From assembly GCA_017463145.1 (NCBI GenBank), contig JAFTPR010000002.1, positions 17,334 to 81,333 of the forward strand: a stretch of 64,000 nucleotides of DNA. Direction: 5' to 3'. The DNA is from Clostridia bacterium. GTDB lineage: Bacteria > Bacillota > Clostridia > Christensenellales > Borkfalkiaceae. A program made the position numbers and the translations under genes. Of this stretch, positions 59,539-64,000 are shown in pieces (positions within the stretch are counted from its first letter, which is position 1; every line of letters starts with the position of its first letter). The notes beneath the pieces are model-generated. The model made no database searches, was not told the origin of the DNA, and saw only the letters and a program-made list of their open reading frames with translations.

Positions 59539-61098
59539 CTATTTTAAATCCTTTGTGATTTTATCTATAATTTGTTCGGCTATTTCTTTAGGTGCAATAT
59601 CACTAATAATAGTCATGATTTTTGAAACCAACTTTCTTTCAGCTTTTGTTAATTTTGAAAAACTTGCAGCCAAATACGAGTCTTTATTCTTTGTAGGAGT
59701 AGAGACGACTTCCACCTTGGTTGTTTGTTCTTCTACCTCATCAGCATTATATTGACGCTTAATACTTTTTTGAACCTCAGCTATTGGCGAATCTTCATCC
59801 ACCGTCTCGTATTTATCTAATTGCTTTTTTGCTTTTTCAGCCTTTTTACGCGATTCTTCAACGTCATGTTGCATCTTGGCGCGTTCCTCTTCACTAATGA
59901 ACCCACCAGTTTTTGATTTTGCATTAAAATCTTCTACTTTATCAACATATTCTTTTTGCGCCTTAATAGCATTTTTTATTCCGTTTGCAGAATAATAAAT
60001 TTTATATAAGGTTTCATGAAAATATCTTTTTAGAAGCGTTTCAAACTTCACGCGACATTCATTTTCGTTAAAATAGTCTCTTTGCGAGTTTGGAATCAAT
60101 CCCTCATCAACAGCAAAGACTTCGCCAACAAAATAATAATTACTGCGAGCTTCACGGAAAAGGTTTCGTTTTTGTAAAGTATCATCGTCTCCCAATTGAA
60201 TATTAGCACTTCTTAATCGAATGCCTCTCATCTCATTGATTTTGGGTATTTGCTTTTCAAACCGAGAAAGTCCAACCCACATCCAAGCAATCAGTTTGCC
60301 GTTTTCATCTTTAAAATTGTGAAACTCCAACTTGGAAATCTCATCATAATTTTTGATGTTAGAACCGCTTTCTTCTTTTAATTTAGTGGTATAATTTTTG
60401 AAAAGTTGTTCCCCGTTGACCAAGATTTTATATTCGTCAATAACATATCCGATTTTTTTGGCATGCTCGTAAATTTGATAATTTAAATAGAATTTATTGG
60501 TGTATGGAACAGGCGCAACAAAACTTAAATAGTCAACGACTTTGGTTTGGTCTAACAAATCAGAATGCGCTTGTCCTACATCAATTAGTTCTACATCAAA
60601 ATAATGTTTTTCTGCTTGTTCGGGTTTAGTGTCAAATTTAACAATTTCCGCCCATATCTCATCAATAGTGTATTTGATGGGAGAGGTAAGCATTTCACGC
60701 ATTTTTTTTGCGTCACAAGTCATTATAGAGGCAACATTTTCGCCTAAATAGGATGTCGTAAATTTTAAAACTTGACAATAGGCTAAGCCGCATAATCGTC
60801 CTATTCCTCGAAAGCCTTTGTTTTCGCCTCTCTTTTTATTACTGTTTGCAATATCGCCTAAATCACTTTGGAAATCTGCGGCTTTCACACCAGTAGCATT
60901 ATCATGAATGTTAATATAACGCTTTTTCGGGTCTATGTAAATTTCAACTTCGCCCTCGTCAGGGTTCAAGATTCCTTCTTTAATTGCTTTATCAATTTGG
61001 TCGCAAGCGTTTTGGATGTATTCACGATAACTCACTTTAGAGTCTAAATACATACCAGTTGTCAAGTTTTCTAAAATATTTTTTCCTATTGTAGCCAT
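59539..61098 (-). CDS. GHKL (Bergerat-fold; MORC/Hsp90-like, HATPase_c_3-type) ATPase with charged coiled-coil C-terminus
   Basis: N-box REYIQNACDQ (ExxxNAxD). G1-like IHDNATGV. G2-like GFRGIGRLCGL. K/E-rich helical tail. Confidence 0.7.
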   Translation of the reverse strand: MATIGKNILENLTTGMYLDSKVSYREYIQNACDQIDKAIKEGILNPDEGEVEIYIDPKKRYINIHDNATGVKAADFQSDLGDIANSNKKRGENKGFRGIGRLCGLAYCQVLKFTTSYLGENVASIMTCDAKKMREMLTSPIKYTIDEIWAEIVKFDTKPEQAEKHYFDVELIDVGQAHSDLLDQTKVVDYLSFVAPVPYTNKFYLNYQIYEHAKKIGYVIDEYKILVNGEQLFKNYTTKLKEESGSNIKNYDEISKLEFHNFKDENGKLIAWMWVGLSRFEKQIPKINEMRGIRLRSANIQLGDDDTLQKRNLFREARSNYYFVGEVFAVDEGLIPNSQRDYFNENECRVKFETLLKRYFHETLYKIYYSANGIKNAIKAQKEYVDKVEDFNAKSKTGGFISEEERAKMQHDVEESRKKAEKAKKQLDKYETVDEDSPIAEVQKSIKRQYNADEVEEQTTKVEVVSTPTKNKDSYLAASFSKLTKAERKLVSKIMTIISDIAPKEIAEQIIDKITKDLK

Positions 61099-61110
61099 AA
61101 TGGGGAATCC

Positions 61111-62814
61111 TTACTTAAATTGTTTATAAATAGGTTTCGGGAATTTAATACTCAATAACGAGCGGAATATAGGATTTTGAATAATGTATTCACCTTGATT
61201 CAAGCGCGTCATCATAGTTTTATAGACGTCTGGAATACTACGATAATCACTTTTCGTAATTTCAATAGAATTCGTTCGCCCATAAGCGTGAGTGGAACAG
61301 TTTCCTGTTACTCTATCGTGAATAGCACTTCTAAATTGTTCCGCCGCAAAGAGAACAACACCAAGAGAACGTCCACGTTCCGCCACATCTAAAACTTGCC
61401 GTAAAATCGGAGAATTCTTAGGTGCATCCTTTGAAGCATACTTGTTTAATTCATCAATAAAAATTACAATACGTGAGGGGGGATTAACATTGGCTTCCCC
61501 GTTATATTGTCCTAATTGCAAATCGTAAATTGTTCGTATAGCGTCACCGAATACGAATGCTTGTTTATCTTCAGATAACTTGGCAATATCAATCACATGA
61601 ACTTCATTCTTCTTAATATGCTTTAATGATTCTTCCAATCGGGTCTCGTTATCCTCAGGACAAACACGGTTTGCAAAAATTCTATTATCCGCGATGCTTT
61701 TATTGATAATACGATAAAACTTTCTCCAACTTGTAACAGCAATTTCTTTATCCGAAGAAGCTTTATCAGGGCTGCATTTTTTCTTAACGCACTCTAAAAA
61801 CTCCTGCCAAGTGGAAATTGTCCCAAAATCACCTTGTCCCGACATAATATATGTGATAATTGAGTCCATGGTTTGCGTGGAATCATCCACATTTGCAAAC
61901 ATCAAATCAAGATTTTCTTTGTCGTCCTCATAAATATATTTATACATTTTGCCCTTTTTCGTTTCCAGTTTCTCTTTGACTTCTTCTGGCGACAAATATG
62001 TATTCCAATGAGCAGTTCTTTCAATGGAGTATGGATAATAATACTGCACATTTTTAAAAGGTTCAGGGGTTAATCCAAGTGCTTCATATTGCTTAAATAA
62101 TGTTTCCTGTGCTTTTTCGGGGTTTTTGCTATCCGAGAACTCATTTAACTCATCAATAGCCAAAAGGTCTTTCCCTTTTACATTAAACAATACGAACGCA
62201 ACACTATCATCTTCATCCTCGTTGGTTAAATAACGGTCTTGAATTGCTTTTAACAAAAACATAGAGTAGGATGTTTTTGCTGCAAGACCTGATATACCAG
62301 AAATATTCAAATGTGCACCTTCGGGTCCAATAATGAATTTGGAATTTAACGATACAGGCAATGTTACTTTTTTATGTCCTTCCGTTCCTTCATACATTTC
62401 AAGATAACCACATACAAGAGGATTTTGAATACCATTTAACCCTAACGCATACTCTATCTCATCTGCAGTTGCCAACATAACCTTTGCATTGCTCTGTAAA
62501 GGAATATAAATATTTTTATCATTGCATGCCACTTTTGCAGTAACATAATTCATGCCAACGCGTAAAGTATTTGCTTCCACACCGACATCGCCAAAATCAC
62601 TGGATATGAAATTTGTTAAAAAGCTTGCCGCATCAGTGATATGCGCAATATCTTCTATTACGCCATAAGAATGGGAGCCATTAACGTGTTCTATCTTCAC
62701 CACATCAAAGGGATTTAAAATTAAATTAGATTTCGTCCAAAATGTAAACTTATCGATTGTAGTAGGGCATTTTTCTGTCGCTAAAACTCTACCAATTACT
62801 TTATTATCAGACAT
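61111..62814 (-). CDS. HerA/DUF87-like (FtsK-HerA superfamily) ATPase
   Basis: N-terminal barrel-like VIGRVLATE..FDVVKIEH..YGVIEDI. P-loop-like GPEGAHLNISGISGLAAKTS. Walker B RIVIFIDELNKYA. RGRSLGVVLFAAEQ segment. Confidence 0.6.
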   Translation of the reverse strand: MSDNKVIGRVLATEKCPTTIDKFTFWTKSNLILNPFDVVKIEHVNGSHSYGVIEDIAHITDAASFLTNFISSDFGDVGVEANTLRVGMNYVTAKVACNDKNIYIPLQSNAKVMLATADEIEYALGLNGIQNPLVCGYLEMYEGTEGHKKVTLPVSLNSKFIIGPEGAHLNISGISGLAAKTSYSMFLLKAIQDRYLTNEDEDDSVAFVLFNVKGKDLLAIDELNEFSDSKNPEKAQETLFKQYEALGLTPEPFKNVQYYYPYSIERTAHWNTYLSPEEVKEKLETKKGKMYKYIYEDDKENLDLMFANVDDSTQTMDSIITYIMSGQGDFGTISTWQEFLECVKKKCSPDKASSDKEIAVTSWRKFYRIINKSIADNRIFANRVCPEDNETRLEESLKHIKKNEVHVIDIAKLSEDKQAFVFGDAIRTIYDLQLGQYNGEANVNPPSRIVIFIDELNKYASKDAPKNSPILRQVLDVAERGRSLGVVLFAAEQFRSAIHDRVTGNCSTHAYGRTNSIEITKSDYRSIPDVYKTMMTRLNQGEYIIQNPIFRSLLSIKFPKPIYKQFK

Positions 62815-62825
62815 GTTTTTCCTCC

Positions 62826-63974
62826 TTAAAATAAGTGCAAAAACGTATTTGTGTTTATGTAGTTACTCTTTACAAAAGTTTCGGTTAAATATACGGGATA
62901 CAAATGATTTGCCCAACGCTTATCTGTACCATAACAGGTAGGATTTCGTTCATTAAGGATATTAGCGGAAATTAAATCAACCTCATCGCTTTCTATCCCA
63001 TATTTCATTTCTCTATCCATTAAAATTTTTTCAACTTTTACTACACCATCAAAAGGCGTATGGGTTTGCCGTTTGTCCCTTAGTCTGATATACCAAACCG
63101 CAAATTCCACATCACCAGAATAACTGTTTCTATAACGCGCAACAGGGGTACGATGATGTAAGGGGAGTTCAGCAATATAATTTGCATTAGGTTTGCCTGT
63201 ATGGTCTTTTATCGTTTCTGGGTTAAAGGATTTTGAAACGCCTATAACCCAACGATAATTGTTCTTTATTCTTTGTAGAGAACGTGGGTCTTCTCTCCCT
63301 GTTTGCATATACTCTAAAGAACCATCTTTCAATAGATAGCTGTATTGCCCCAACTTTTTATCTCTGACCAATTGTTCAACCATTTTCTTTTCACAATCAA
63401 TCATATAATCTTGGACTTTTGCAATTGCTAAATCTTCAAGTTTAACTCGGTCGGTTGCATTTTTTGATGTTTTGTATGTTAAAATCTCGGAGAATTCCAA
63501 CTGCAACCTTTGGAGTTCTTCACTCTGGTTTATTTTTTGGAGTTTTGACTTGAAATAGCCTTTATCCCACCCCTCAGGGTCGCTTTTATCAGGGAGAACC
63601 AAAACCAAGTCTCTATAAAAAAGCTCTTTCGACATAATTTTATCAACGCGTTTACAGCAACCAACTCCAACTTGCCCTGCAATAATCGGGAACACTTGAT
63701 TTCCATATGCCATATCATCGACTTTGTATACATGCCGTGATCCATCTAAAAAATACTTAAGGAGCGGTGTTTGTTCACTAATACGATCTGCTTCTTCTTT
63801 CAGAGGAATATATGTTTTATATTCAATAGTTTCACCTTGGTTTTTCCACTGTATGATTTTTTCATCGTTATCATAATCGATAGAAGGGATTCCAATGGAA
63901 TCAAAACTATACTTATAAGTTTGATAACTTTTCCCTTTGGTTTCCTTCGCTATGATTTCCATGATTTTAGGCAT
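62826..63974 (-). CDS. NurA-like nuclease
   Basis: FLDGS at residues 75-79, acidic helix (CEKKMVEQL) about 20 aa before LKDGSL at 215-220. This matches the D...E...D arrangement of NurA. RBS GGAGGA upstream at 63980-63990. Confidence 0.5.
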   Translation of the reverse strand: MPKIMEIIAKETKGKSYQTYKYSFDSIGIPSIDYDNDEKIIQWKNQGETIEYKTYIPLKEEADRISEQTPLLKYFLDGSRHVYKVDDMAYGNQVFPIIAGQVGVGCCKRVDKIMSKELFYRDLVLVLPDKSDPEGWDKGYFKSKLQKINQSEELQRLQLEFSEILTYKTSKNATDRVKLEDLAIAKVQDYMIDCEKKMVEQLVRDKKLGQYSYLLKDGSLEYMQTGREDPRSLQRIKNNYRWVIGVSKSFNPETIKDHTGKPNANYIAELPLHHRTPVARYRNSYSGDVEFAVWYIRLRDKRQTHTPFDGVVKVEKILMDREMKYGIESDEVDLISANILNERNPTCYGTDKRWANHLYPVYLTETFVKSNYINTNTFLHLF

Positions 63975-64000
63975 ATAGGTTCCTCCTTTTGAAATATCGT

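Larger units (their letters stand above)
56947..64000. mobile_element. Putative integrated genomic island (partial; far end beyond window)
   Basis: Abrupt by-eye switch to AT-rich sequence and A/T-ending codons. Begins at the tRNA 3' fragment. Cargo is the four-gene NurA/HerA/GHKL/radical-SAM operon. No integrase lies inside the window. Confidence 0.45.

Overview
The window looks like an origin-proximal chromosomal segment of an endospore-forming Bacillota (Clostridia-like) genome. All calls come from reading the ORF track and the sequence by eye; no searches were run.

Most of the window is housekeeping:
- Origin-region genes: dnaN, rpmH-rnpA-yidD-yidC-jag and rsmG.
- Replication and nucleotide genes: holB-yaaT and yaaO-tmk.
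- Proteases and chaperones: lon-engB and tig-clpP-clpX.
- Translation and transcription: rplU-rpmA, glyQS, glnS and greA-lysS.
- Central metabolism: gap, fba and fhs.
- Other housekeeping: rng and rqcH.
- Sporulation genes: Ger(x)C, yyaC, a SpoIVFA/FB-like pair and a polysaccharide deacetylase.

Two dense DnaA-box clusters are present (about 1266-1714 and 8876-9129), but no dnaA gene is visible. dnaN runs directly into rpmH.

The strongest candidate for something new is the right end (about 56.9-64 kb):
- The sequence becomes abruptly AT-rich next to a 23-nt tRNA 3'-end fragment.
- It carries a tightly packed four-gene minus-strand operon: NurA-like nuclease, HerA-like ATPase, GHKL (MORC/Hsp90-type) ATPase and a radical SAM enzyme with a B12-binding-like domain.
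- I cannot match this combination to any named defence system.
- The operon is flanked by unusual helically phased short repeats.

Other notable points:
- tmk is interrupted by a single in-frame TGA.
- A preQ1-I-like riboswitch lies ahead of queT.
- L27 carries a Prp-type N-terminal extension, but no prp gene sits in the operon.
- KhpB/Jag has an RGG-rich tail.
- A cassette combines two RimK-like ATP-grasp genes, an M20 hydrolase and an MFS transporter.

I found no rRNA, no complete tRNA, no CRISPR array, and no transposase or integrase in the window.
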